From contig JAJPJT010000005.1 in NCBI GenBank assembly GCA_021324095.1, positions 1 through 32,000 on the forward strand: DNA of 32,000 nt. Reading direction: 5' to 3'. The position numbers and the translations under genes are program-made. Positions 1 through 6,752 of the stretch are shown in pieces (positions within the stretch are counted from its first letter, which is position 1; each line of letters starts with the position of its first letter). Source of the DNA: Gammaproteobacteria bacterium (GTDB lineage: Bacteria; Pseudomonadota; Gammaproteobacteria; Xanthomonadales; Rhodanobacteraceae). A model generated the notes under the pieces. The model was not told the DNA's origin and did not search any database. It saw nothing but the letters and a program-made list of their open reading frames with translations.

Positions 1-2546
1 TCTTCCTTCAGGTATTTCTCGACCTGCTGGTCGATCGCGGTGTTCATGAACATCGCGAGGATCATCGGCGCGGGGCCGTTGATGGTCATCGACACGCTGG
101 TCTTGGGGTTGCACAGGTCGAAGCCGGAATACAGCTTCTTCATGTCGTCGAGCGTGGCGATGGACACGCCGGAGTTGCCGATCTTGCCGTAGATGTCCGG
201 GCGCGGCGCCGGGTCTTCGCCGTACAGCGTGACCGAATCGAACGCGGTGGATAGCCGCGATGCGGGTTGTCCGCGCGAGACGTAATGGAAGCGGCGGTTG
301 GTGCGCTCGGGCGTGCCCTCGCCCGCGAACATGCGGGTCGGGTCTTCGCCGGAGCGACGGTACGGGTACACGCCGCCGGTGTAGGGATACGCGCCCGGCA
401 GGTTTTCCAGCATCAGGTATTTGAGCTCCTCGCCCCAGTCGTTGGTGGTGGGCGGCGCGATCTTGGGCACCTTCTGGTGCGACAGGGTTTCCCAGTAGTT
501 CTGGACCTTGATGGCCTTGCCGCGGACGGTGTATTCGTTGAATTCGTTCTGCACCGCTTCGCGGGAAGCGGGCCAGGCGCGAAGCAGGTTGATGGCTTCG
601 GCGCTGAGTTCCTTGACGGCTTCGTTGTAGCGTTGGCGGAGGGTGAGCAGCGAGCGGTCGGGGTTGTCTCCCCTCTCCCCTCGGGAGAGGGGTTGGGGGT
701 GAGGGTTCGGGTCTTGCGCGGAACTGGAGTGAGCGGCTGACCTCGCTTCGCCCGTACCCTCACCCTCGGTCCCTCTCCCGGGGGGAGAGGGATGCAAAGC
801 TGCTTCGGCCGGAGAGGGATGCAAAGCTGCGGCATCGTAGAGATCCAGCGCGCGGGGCAACGCTGGATCGCCGAGTTCCTTCAACGACTCGTAGTAATGC
901 TGCGCCTTGGACGCGGCTTCGGCCATGCGCCTCGCATCGGCGTTGATGCCCCTGCCCTGCTCGGCGATTTCGGCGAGGTAGCGGACGCGCTTGCCGGGGA
1001 TCAGCACGGTGGCGCGGGGTTCCTTGAGGGTAGTGTCGACTTGCGGGTTGAAGTCGCAGCGGGGGCTTTCTCCCCTCTCCCCTTGGGAGAGGGGTTGGGG
1101 GTGAGGGTTCGGGGCTTGCGCGATGTTGGGGTGAGCGGCTGACCTCGCTTCGGTCGCACCCTCACCCTCGGTCCCTCTCCCGGAGGGAGAGGGATGCAAA
1201 GCTGCGGCCCCGGCGGCGTGCTCTGCGAGTCCCGAGTCCCGAGCCCCGAGTCCCGGGATCTTCTCCCGCAACAACCGGCACAGGTTCACGAACATCCAGG
1301 TGACGCCGGGGTCGTTGAACTGGCTGGCGATGGTGGGGTACACCGGTACGTCTTCGTCCGGGGTCTGGAACGCGGTGTGGTTGCGTTTCCACTGCTTGCG
1401 GACATCCCTCAAAGCATCCTCGGCGCCGCGACGGTCGTACTTGTTGAGCACGACGAGTTGCGCGAAATCCAGCATGTCGATCTTCTCGAGCTGGCTGGCT
1501 GCGCCGTAGTCGCTGGTCATCACGTACACGGGGAAATCGACGAGGTCGACGATCTCGGTATCGGCCTGGCCGATGCCCGCGGTCTCGACGATCACCAAAT
1601 CGAACGGCAGCGATTTCAGGAACGCGATGCAGTCGTGCAACACGGTGTTGGTGGCCGCGTGCGCGCGGCGCGTGGCCATCGAGCGCATGAACACGCGATG
1701 CGAACGCAGCGCGTTCATGCGGATGCGGTCGCCCAGCAGCGCACCGCCGCCCTTGCGCCGGGTCGGATCGACCGCCAGCACCGCGATCCGCATTTCGGGG
1801 AAGGAATGCAGGAAACGCAACAGCAGTTCGTCGACGACGGAAGATTTGCCCGCGCCGCCGGTGCCGGTGATGCCGATCACTGGCGTGATCGGCGGGGGCT
1901 GGGGGCTGGGGGCTGGGGACTGCGAAGCCCGCGTCCATTGTTTGCGCAGCAGCTTCAATTCGCTTTCGGAGAATTCGCCATCTTCAATGGCCGAGAGCAT
2001 CCGCCCGATACTTATTTCGTCGTCGATATGCGCGGCGCTGGCGAGCTTCGCCGTGTCCCCAGTCCCCCGTCCCCAGCCCCGCGCGCGAGCCGCGCTCGCG
2101 CGCTGCACCACATCCTCGATCATGTGCACCAGCCCCATGTGCATCCCGTCGTTGGGGTGGTAGATGCGTTCGACGCCGTAGTCTTCGAGTTCCTTGATTT
2201 CCTCGGGCGTGATGGTGCCGCCGCCGCCGCCGAACACGCGGATGTGGCCCGCGCCGCGGTCGCGCAGCATGTCGACCATGTATTTGAAGTATTCGACGTG
2301 GCCGCCCTGGTAGCTGGACAGCGCGATGGCGTCGGCGTCTTCCTGCAGCGCGGCGCGCACCACGTCCTCAACCGAGCGGTTGTGGCCGAGGTGGATCACC
2401 TCCGCACCCTGCGACTGGATGATGCGCCGCATGATGTTGATGGCGGCATCATGCCCGTCGAACAGGCTCGCGGCGGTGACGAAGCGAAGCGGCGTGGTGT
2501 CGGTGCGCGGCTCGGTGGCTGGAATCTCGATGGCAGTCTGGCTCAT
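1..2546 (-). CDS. icmF: Fused isobutyryl-CoA mutase IcmF (B12-binding domain, MeaB-like GTPase, beginning of mutase barrel); 3' end runs off the window
   Basis: Absent from the ORF track because no stop lies in the window. My minus-strand translation from the ATG at 2546 reads MSQTAIEIPATEPRTDTTPLRFVTAASLFDGHDAAINIMRRIIQSQGAEVIHLGHNRSVEDVV...SSYQGGHVEYFKYMVDMLRDRGAGHIRVFGGGGGTI. It continues with the P-loop GITGTGGAGKSS (Lys codon 1845-1847), FDLVIVETAGIGQ, and near position 1 TRMFAGEGTPERTNRRFHY...SMTINGPAPMILAMFMNTAIDQQ. The frame (coordinate mod 3 = 2) agrees at 2546, 1847, 1295 and 836, and I saw no stop. Confidence 0.85.
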   Translation of the reverse strand, partial: MSQTAIEIPATEPRTDTTPLRFVTAASLFDGHDAAINIMRRIIQSQGAEVIHLGHNRSVEDVVRAALQEDADAIALSSYQGGHVEYFKYMVDMLRDRGAGHIRVFGGGGGTITPEEIKELEDYGVERIYHPNDGMHMGLVHMIEDVVQRASAARARGWGRGTGDTAKLASAAHIDDEISIGRMLSAIEDGEFSESELKLLRKQWTRASQSPAPSPQPPPITPVIGITGTGGAGKSSVVDELLLRFLHSFPEMRIAVLAVDPTRRKGGGALLGDRIRMNALRSHRVFMRSMATRRAHAATNTVLHDCIAFLKSLPFDLVIVETAGIGQADTEIVDLVDFPVYVMTSDYGAASQLEKIDMLDFAQLVVLNKYDRRGAEDALRDVRKQWKRNHTAFQTPDEDVPVYPTIASQFNDPGVTWMFVNLCRLLREKIPGLGARDSGLAEHAAGAAALHPSPSGRGTEGEGATEARSAAHPNIAQAPNPHPQPLSQGERGESPRCDFNPQVDTTLKEPRATVLIPGKRVRYLAEIAEQGRGINADARRMAEAASKAQHYYESLKELGDPALPRALDLYDAAALHPSPAEAALHPSPPGRGTEGEGTGEARSAAHSSSAQDPNPHPQPLSRGERGDNPDRSLLTLRQRYNEAVKELSAEAINLLRAWPASREAVQNEFNEYTVRGKAIKVQNYWETLSHQKVPKIAPPTTNDWGEELKYLMLENLPGAYPYTGGVYPYRRSGEDPTRMFAGEGTPERTNRRFHYVSRGQPASRLSTAFDSVTLYGEDPAPRPDIYGKIGNSGVSIATLDDMKKLYSGFDLCNPKTSVSMTINGPAPMILAMFMNTAIDQQVEKYLKE
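667..830. repeat. Compound palindromic REP/MITE-like element, copy 1 (137 nt, 667-803) plus a 27-nt partial re-duplication (804-830), inside icmF
   Basis: Reads tctcccctctcccc-tcg-ggagagggg ttgg GGGTGAGGGTTCGG ... ACCCTCACCCTCGG t ccctctccc-gggg-ggagaggg atgcaaagctgc. It has two terminal hairpins and an internal inverted pair, and is near-identical to 1069-1205. Confidence 0.85.
1069..1205. repeat. Compound palindromic REP/MITE-like element, copy 2 (137 nt), inside icmF
   Basis: Same length, orientation and architecture as 667-803. The differences lie mostly in the central ~20 nt. Confidence 0.85.
1227..1254. repeat. Heptanucleotide tandem array (GAGTCCC x4, one variant GAGCCCC) inside icmF
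   Basis: Direct reading: gagtccc gagtccc gagcccc gagtccc. Confidence 0.9.
1894..1921. repeat. Heptanucleotide tandem array (GGGGGCT x3 + GGGGACT) inside icmF
   Basis: Direct reading. It encodes SPAPSPQPPP just upstream of the P-loop. Confidence 0.9.
2055..2082. repeat. Heptanucleotide tandem array (GTCCCCA-type, ~3.7 units) inside icmF, inverted relative to 1894-1921
   Basis: Reads gtcccca gtccccc gtcccca gccccgc, the reverse complement of the 1894-1921 unit family. Confidence 0.85.
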
Positions 2547-2680
2547 TCCCGCATTCTAACGCGTGCTGAACGAGGACCCGGACTCCAACCGAATGCGTGA
2601 TCCGCAAAACATTTGCCGGGACGATCACATCGCTATGCTCCGCAGCGAGGCCAGCCGGCCGGTCAGGACGGAGGTGGATT

Positions 2681-3079
2681 GTGCATATTCGCAATGTTGC
2701 ATTGCTCGCCGCGCTCGCGGCGGCAGGGGGAGCGGCCGTGGGCTTCACGCCGGCGGCATCCGCGCAGGTCAGTTTCAGCCTCAGTGTGGGCGTTCCACCG
2801 CCGCCGCCGCGTTACGAGGTGGTGCCCGCGCCGCGACCCGGCTACGTGTGGGCGCCGGGTTACTGGAACTGGAACGGCGGAGCGTACGTGTGGGTGGCCG
2901 GCGTGTGGCAGCCCGCGCGACCCGGCTACATCTATTACAGCCCGCGCTGGGTGCACTACGGCGACCGCTGGGAATATCGGCGGGCCTACTGGGGTCCCGA
3001 CCCGCACTGGCGCGGACGCCACGACAACGGGTGGCATCGCGGCTGGGATCACGACCACGGGCACGGTCACGATCACTGA
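2681..3079 (+). CDS. Secreted YXWGXW/WXXGXW-repeat protein with His-rich C-terminal tail
   Basis: GTG at 2681 lies 6 nt after GGAGG (2670-2674). The signal peptide is VHIRNVALLAALAAAGGAAVGFTPAASAQ. Also present are a PPPPP tract, GYVWAPGYWNWNGGAYVWVAGVW and the tail GWDHDHGHGHDH. The track ORF 2597-3079 is the same frame with an extended start. Confidence 0.8.
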   Translation: MHIRNVALLAALAAAGGAAVGFTPAASAQVSFSLSVGVPPPPPRYEVVPAPRPGYVWAPGYWNWNGGAYVWVAGVWQPARPGYIYYSPRWVHYGDRWEYRRAYWGPDPHWRGRHDNGWHRGWDHDHGHGHDH

Positions 3080-3101
3080 GCACCGCGGGTTCTTTCATCT
3101 G

Positions 3102-3128
3102 GCCCGGCGCGCAAGCGCCGGGCTTTTT
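3102..3128 (+). terminator. Rho-independent terminator
   Basis: gcccggcgc-gcaa-gcgccgggc followed by ttttt. Confidence 0.8.
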
Positions 3129-3181
3129 CATGCAGGTGCGGAGCTCCGGCCGAATGCACAGGAATGCTGATCAACTCGCCT

Positions 3182-3215
3182 CGTCATGCCAGCAAAGGCC
3201 GGCATCCAGCTCTTG
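3182..3215. repeat. REP hairpin family 'cgtcatgccggcgaaggccggcatccagc', copy 1
   Basis: The sequence is cgtcatgccagcaaaggccggcatccagctcttg, with stem ATGCC(A/G)GC / GCCGGCAT. This is the source of MPAFAGMT-type spurious ORFs. Confidence 0.8.
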
Positions 3216-3378
3216 TCCAAGGCTTGCGCGCTTCGCGACGTATTTGGCTGCGCCAACACGTGCTGAATCAATCCCGACGTGATGTGAATGAACGAGCGGT
3301 GAAAATGCGGGTTTGCGGCGCCTCGTGGGTATGCTCGGATCGAGGCCGGGATTCGGCCGACCACGATGGAGGTGTCTC

Positions 3379-3744
3379 GTGCACACACGCAACCTTGCAT
3401 TGCTTGCCGCGCTCGCGATGGCAGGTGGAGCCGTCACGGCCTTCGCGCCGACAGCATCCGCGCAGGTGAGTCTCGACATCAGCGTTGGCAGACCGCCACC
3501 GCCACCACGTTTCGAACGTCCGCCGCCGCCGCGCCCGGGCTACGTCTGGGCGCCGGGCTACTGGAATTGGAACGGCGGAAGCTACGTATGGGTGCGCGGC
3601 AGTTGGCATCGCGACCGGCCGGGCTACATCTACTACGGCCCGCGCTGGGTGCACCGCGGCAATCGGTGGGTCTATCACCAGCCGTACTGGGGCCGTAACC
3701 CGCACTGGCGTGGGCGCCGTGACTACGACCGTCACGGACACTGA
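3379..3744 (+). CDS. Secreted YXWGXW/WXXGXW-repeat protein, tandem paralogue
   Basis: GTG at 3379 follows GGAGG (3369-3373). It reads VHTRNLALLAALAMAGGAVTAFAPTASAQ...PPPPP...GYVWAPGYWNWNGGSYVWVRGSW...DYDRHGH. It is in frame with track ORF 3313-3744. Confidence 0.8.
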   Translation: MHTRNLALLAALAMAGGAVTAFAPTASAQVSLDISVGRPPPPPRFERPPPPRPGYVWAPGYWNWNGGSYVWVRGSWHRDRPGYIYYGPRWVHRGNRWVYHQPYWGRNPHWRGRRDYDRHGH

Positions 3745-3781
3745 CCATGACGGCCACCGATCGAGCTTCCATCTGAAGCCG

Positions 3782-3809
3782 GCCCGGCGCGCAAGCGCCG
3801 GGTTTTTTT
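3782..3809 (+). terminator. Rho-independent terminator (duplicate of 3102-3128)
   Basis: gcccggcgc-gcaa-gcgccggg followed by ttttttt. Confidence 0.8.
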
Positions 3810-3861
3810 CACACGAGCACGGAGTCCCGGCATGTGCGCCGGGACGCTGACCAACACACCT

Positions 3862-3895
3862 CGTCATGCCGGCGAAGGCCGGCATCCAGCTCTTG
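3862..3895. repeat. REP hairpin family 'cgtcatgccggcgaaggccggcatccagc', copy 2
   Basis: cgtcatgccggcgaaggccggcatccagctcttg. Confidence 0.8.
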
Positions 3896-3983
3896 ACCAG
3901 GTTTGCGTGCTTCGCACGACGTATTTGACTGGGCCCCGGCCTGCGCCGGGCGACGGTTTTGCAATTCAGGCGGGGCGCGGCGC

Positions 3984-5255
3984 TCAATGCGATGCGCCAT
4001 GCAGGCAAATGCCGGCATCCAGTGACCGCGAAGCCGGCGTATGCACGTGTTCCTGCCGCAAGCCGTAGCCGAACAGGCGCGCGGGTCGGTGCCGGATCGC
4101 GCGGAAGCGGAACAGGAAGCGCAGCAGCGCCGGCACGCGTGGCGCCTCGCCGGAAGTTTCCAGCACGCGCGAAATCAGGCGTTTCTGGATCGCGATCTGG
4201 ATGCGCTGCACGACCTTCACCGGCCACTCGCGCCGTCGCTGGATTGCGGCGAGCACCGATTCGTCGATCGCGCGGCCGTCACGCAACGGCTGTGCCAACG
4301 CATTCGCGGCGGCCACCGCGTCCTGGATTGCGAGATTGATGCCGACGCCGCCGATCGGCGACATCGCGTGCGCGGCATCGCCGATCAGCAGCAACCCCGG
4401 CTTGTGCCAGCGCTCCAGCCGATCCACCTGCACGGAAAGCGTGCTGACCTTGTCCCACGACTCGATGGCGCCGCGCCGATCGGCGAGGAAAGGCGCGAGT
4501 TGCACCACCGTTTCCCGCAAGGCATCGATCGAGCGTGCGCGCAGCGCGGCGTCGCTGCCCTTCGGTACCAGAAATGCGATCTGCCAATAGTCGTCCCGGT
4601 TCAGCATCACCATCATGTGCCCGCGATCGACGATGCCGAAGGTGTCCTGCGGATCCGATTCGCTGCGCGGCATCCGGAACCACAGCACGTCCATGGGCGC
4701 GCCGTATTCCCGTGCCTTCAGGCCAGCGGCATCGCGCAACGTCGAATGGCGGCCGTCGCAGGCGACCACCAGATCCGCGCGCAATTCGTAATCGGCTTGC
4801 GGCGATTTCACGCGCACGCCGACCACGCGACCGCCCTCTTCGATCAATCCGGTCGCGGCGTGCTGCATGCGCAGGTCGAACGTCGACAATCTGCGCCCGG
4901 CGTCGGCCAGCATGTCCAGGAAATCCCACTGCGGTACCAGCGCCAGATAGTCGTAAGGCTTCAATCCGCGAAAATCGACGATCTGTTGCTCGCGCCCGGC
5001 GACGATGCCGGCGAGGTGATCGACCCGGCGTTGCGGCAGCTTGTCGAATCGATCACGCAGACCGATCTCGTCGAGGATCGCGAGGGTCGAAGGATGCACG
5101 GTGTCGCCGCGGAAATCGCGCAGGAAGTCGCCGTGTTTTTCCAGCACGGAGACCGGAACGCCGGCGCGCGCAAGCAGCAGTCCCAGCATCATTCCGGCGG
5201 GACCGCCGCCGACGATGCAGCAGCGGGAATGGTTCTGCGTCTGCGTGGCGGACAT
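3984..5255 (-). CDS. FAD-dependent monooxygenase/oxidoreductase (UbiH/PHBH-fold family)
   Basis: The dinucleotide-binding N-terminus is CCIVGGGPAGMMLGLLLARAGVPVSVLEKH, followed by ...DLVVACDGRHS...LLIGDAAHAMSPIGGVGINLAIQDA. ATG 5255 (MSATQ) has GGAG 7 nt upstream. The track start at 5267 is an alternative. Confidence 0.85.
   Translation of the reverse strand: MSATQTQNHSRCCIVGGGPAGMMLGLLLARAGVPVSVLEKHGDFLRDFRGDTVHPSTLAILDEIGLRDRFDKLPQRRVDHLAGIVAGREQQIVDFRGLKPYDYLALVPQWDFLDMLADAGRRLSTFDLRMQHAATGLIEEGGRVVGVRVKSPQADYELRADLVVACDGRHSTLRDAAGLKAREYGAPMDVLWFRMPRSESDPQDTFGIVDRGHMMVMLNRDDYWQIAFLVPKGSDAALRARSIDALRETVVQLAPFLADRRGAIESWDKVSTLSVQVDRLERWHKPGLLLIGDAAHAMSPIGGVGINLAIQDAVAAANALAQPLRDGRAIDESVLAAIQRRREWPVKVVQRIQIAIQKRLISRVLETSGEAPRVPALLRFLFRFRAIRHRPARLFGYGLRQEHVHTPASRSLDAGICLHGASH
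3994..4027. repeat. Degenerate third copy of the same REP, overlapping the 3' end of the monooxygenase CDS
   Basis: gcgccatgcaggcaaatgccggcatccagtgacc. Confidence 0.6.
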
Positions 5256-5322
5256 CGTGCGCTCCATGATCGGTTCGGGGCGCGCATCCTGCCGCGCGAG
5301 GTGTCAAAGCCGCAATAGGCAC

Positions 5323-5356
5323 GGTACAAATGTTCTGGAATTCAGCCGGTTGTACA
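5323..5356. promoter_or_regulatory. 34-bp extended palindrome centred on GAATTC; candidate operator in the divergent monooxygenase/ldh region
   Basis: Reads GGTACAA-atgtt-CTGGAATTCAG-ccgg-TTGTACA. It is locally AT-rich in a GC-rich spacer. Confidence 0.35.
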
Positions 5357-5536
5357 CCCTTCTTCACGGCCAGAATACGGCCACGCCTGCGTTCGGTCCC
5401 GTTGTCCGGCTACACTAGGCGGCTGCGAACGCGAGACGGAGCCGTCCAGAAGCCCCGCCGTCGTTCCATTTGCGGTGTTTCGCGCCGCGTCTTTCGACAA
5501 TCCGCGCCCGATTCGAGCGCAACTGGAGCCAACCCG

Positions 5537-6640
5537 ATGATTTTCGAAACCCTAGCGACCACCGGTCACGAGCAGGTCGTGTTCTGCCAGAGCAAGGATG
5601 CGGGCCTCAAGGCCATCATCGCCATCCACAACACCGTGCTGGGACCGGCGCTGGGCGGCCTGCGGATGTGGCCGTACAGGAACGACGAGGAAGCACTGAA
5701 CGACGTGCTGCGGCTGTCGCGCGGGATGACCTACAAGAATGCAGTGGCAGGTTTGAACCTCGGCGGCGGCAAGGCGGTGATCATCGGCGACCCCGCGAAA
5801 GACAAATCCGAAGCGCTGTTCCGCGCGCTGGGGCGTTTCATCAACTCGCTGCACGGCCGCTACATCACCGCCGAGGACGTCGGCATCGACGTCAACGACA
5901 TGGAATATGTGTATCGCGAAACCGAGTACGTGACCGGCGTGCACCAGGTGCACGGCGGGTCGGGCGACCCCTCGCCGTTCACCGCGTACGGCGCACTGCA
6001 GGGCGTGATGGCGACGCTGAACTACAAGCATGGCAACGAAGACATCGGCAAATACCGCTTTGCCGTCCAGGGTGCCGGTCACGTGGGCTCGGAGTTCATC
6101 AAGCTGCTGCGCGAACAGGGCGCCAAGGTGTTCGTCACCGACATCAACAAGGAAGCGGTGCAGCGCTGCGTCGACGAGCTCGGCTGCGAAGCGGTCGGCA
6201 TCGACGAGATCTACGACGTCGATTGCGACGTCTACAGCCCGTGCGCGCTGGGCGGCACGGTGAACGAACAGACCATCGATCGCATCAAGGCGCCGATCAT
6301 CTGCGGCATCGCGAACAACCAGCTTTCCACCGACCAGATCGGCGACGAGCTGATGAAGCGCGGCGTGGTGTACGCGCCCGACTACGCGGTGAACGCGGGC
6401 GGCGTGATGAACGTGTCGCTGGAAATCGACGGCTACAACCGCGAGCGCGCGATGCGGATGATGCGCAGCATCTACTACAACGTCGGCCGCATTTTCCAGA
6501 TCGCCGACCGCGACGGCATACCGACCTACAAGGCCGCCGACCGCATGGCCGAGGAACGCATCAACGCAGTGGGCAAGATCAAGCTGCCGACGATGGGCAG
6601 CGACGGCACGCGCTTCAAGGGCAGGATGCGGGGGCAGTGA
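5537..6640 (+). CDS. ldh: Leucine dehydrogenase (Glu/Leu/Phe/Val dehydrogenase family)
   Basis: MIFETLATTGHEQVVFCQSKDAGLKAIIAIHNTVLGPALGGLRMWPY...GMTYKNAVAGLNLGGGKAVIIGDP...YITAEDVG matches Bacillus-type Ldh almost motif for motif. ATG 5537 is internal to track ORF 5330-6640. Confidence 0.92.
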   Translation: MIFETLATTGHEQVVFCQSKDAGLKAIIAIHNTVLGPALGGLRMWPYRNDEEALNDVLRLSRGMTYKNAVAGLNLGGGKAVIIGDPAKDKSEALFRALGRFINSLHGRYITAEDVGIDVNDMEYVYRETEYVTGVHQVHGGSGDPSPFTAYGALQGVMATLNYKHGNEDIGKYRFAVQGAGHVGSEFIKLLREQGAKVFVTDINKEAVQRCVDELGCEAVGIDEIYDVDCDVYSPCALGGTVNEQTIDRIKAPIICGIANNQLSTDQIGDELMKRGVVYAPDYAVNAGGVMNVSLEIDGYNRERAMRMMRSIYYNVGRIFQIADRDGIPTYKAADRMAEERINAVGKIKLPTMGSDGTRFKGRMRGQ

Positions 6641-6646
6641 TGCAGC

Positions 6647-6752
6647 AGGGGCGAGGGGTGAGTAGCGGGGGTGCATGGATGCCGCGTCTGCGCGAGCCCG
6701 GAACTTGCGAGACAATCCAGTTCCGCACCCTCACTACTCGTCCCTAGCCCCT
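6647..6752. repeat. Inverted-repeat element, family 'GAGGGGTGAGTAGCG' (arms 6647-6674 and 6725-6752)
   Basis: The left arm aggggcgaggggtgagtagcgggggtgc pairs with the right arm gcaccctcactactcgtccctagcccct. The right arm ends one base before the ivd ATG. Confidence 0.75.

Noticed and set aside
1-2546. icmF as a repeat-disrupted pseudogene.
   Set aside because: The frame is identical at four checkpoints, and I found no stop through any of the five repeat insertions. I call it an intact partial CDS but flag it for verification.
5330-5536. N-terminal extensions of track ORFs. Examples are ldh from 5330, liuA from 6675, liuD from 18302, yeiP from 24427, mtnD from 30388, cupin 2 from 17199 and the YXWGXW genes from 2597/3313.
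   Set aside because: Family N-termini align to internal ATG/GTG/TTG codons, several of which have SD sequences. The extensions read through REP elements or upstream genes.
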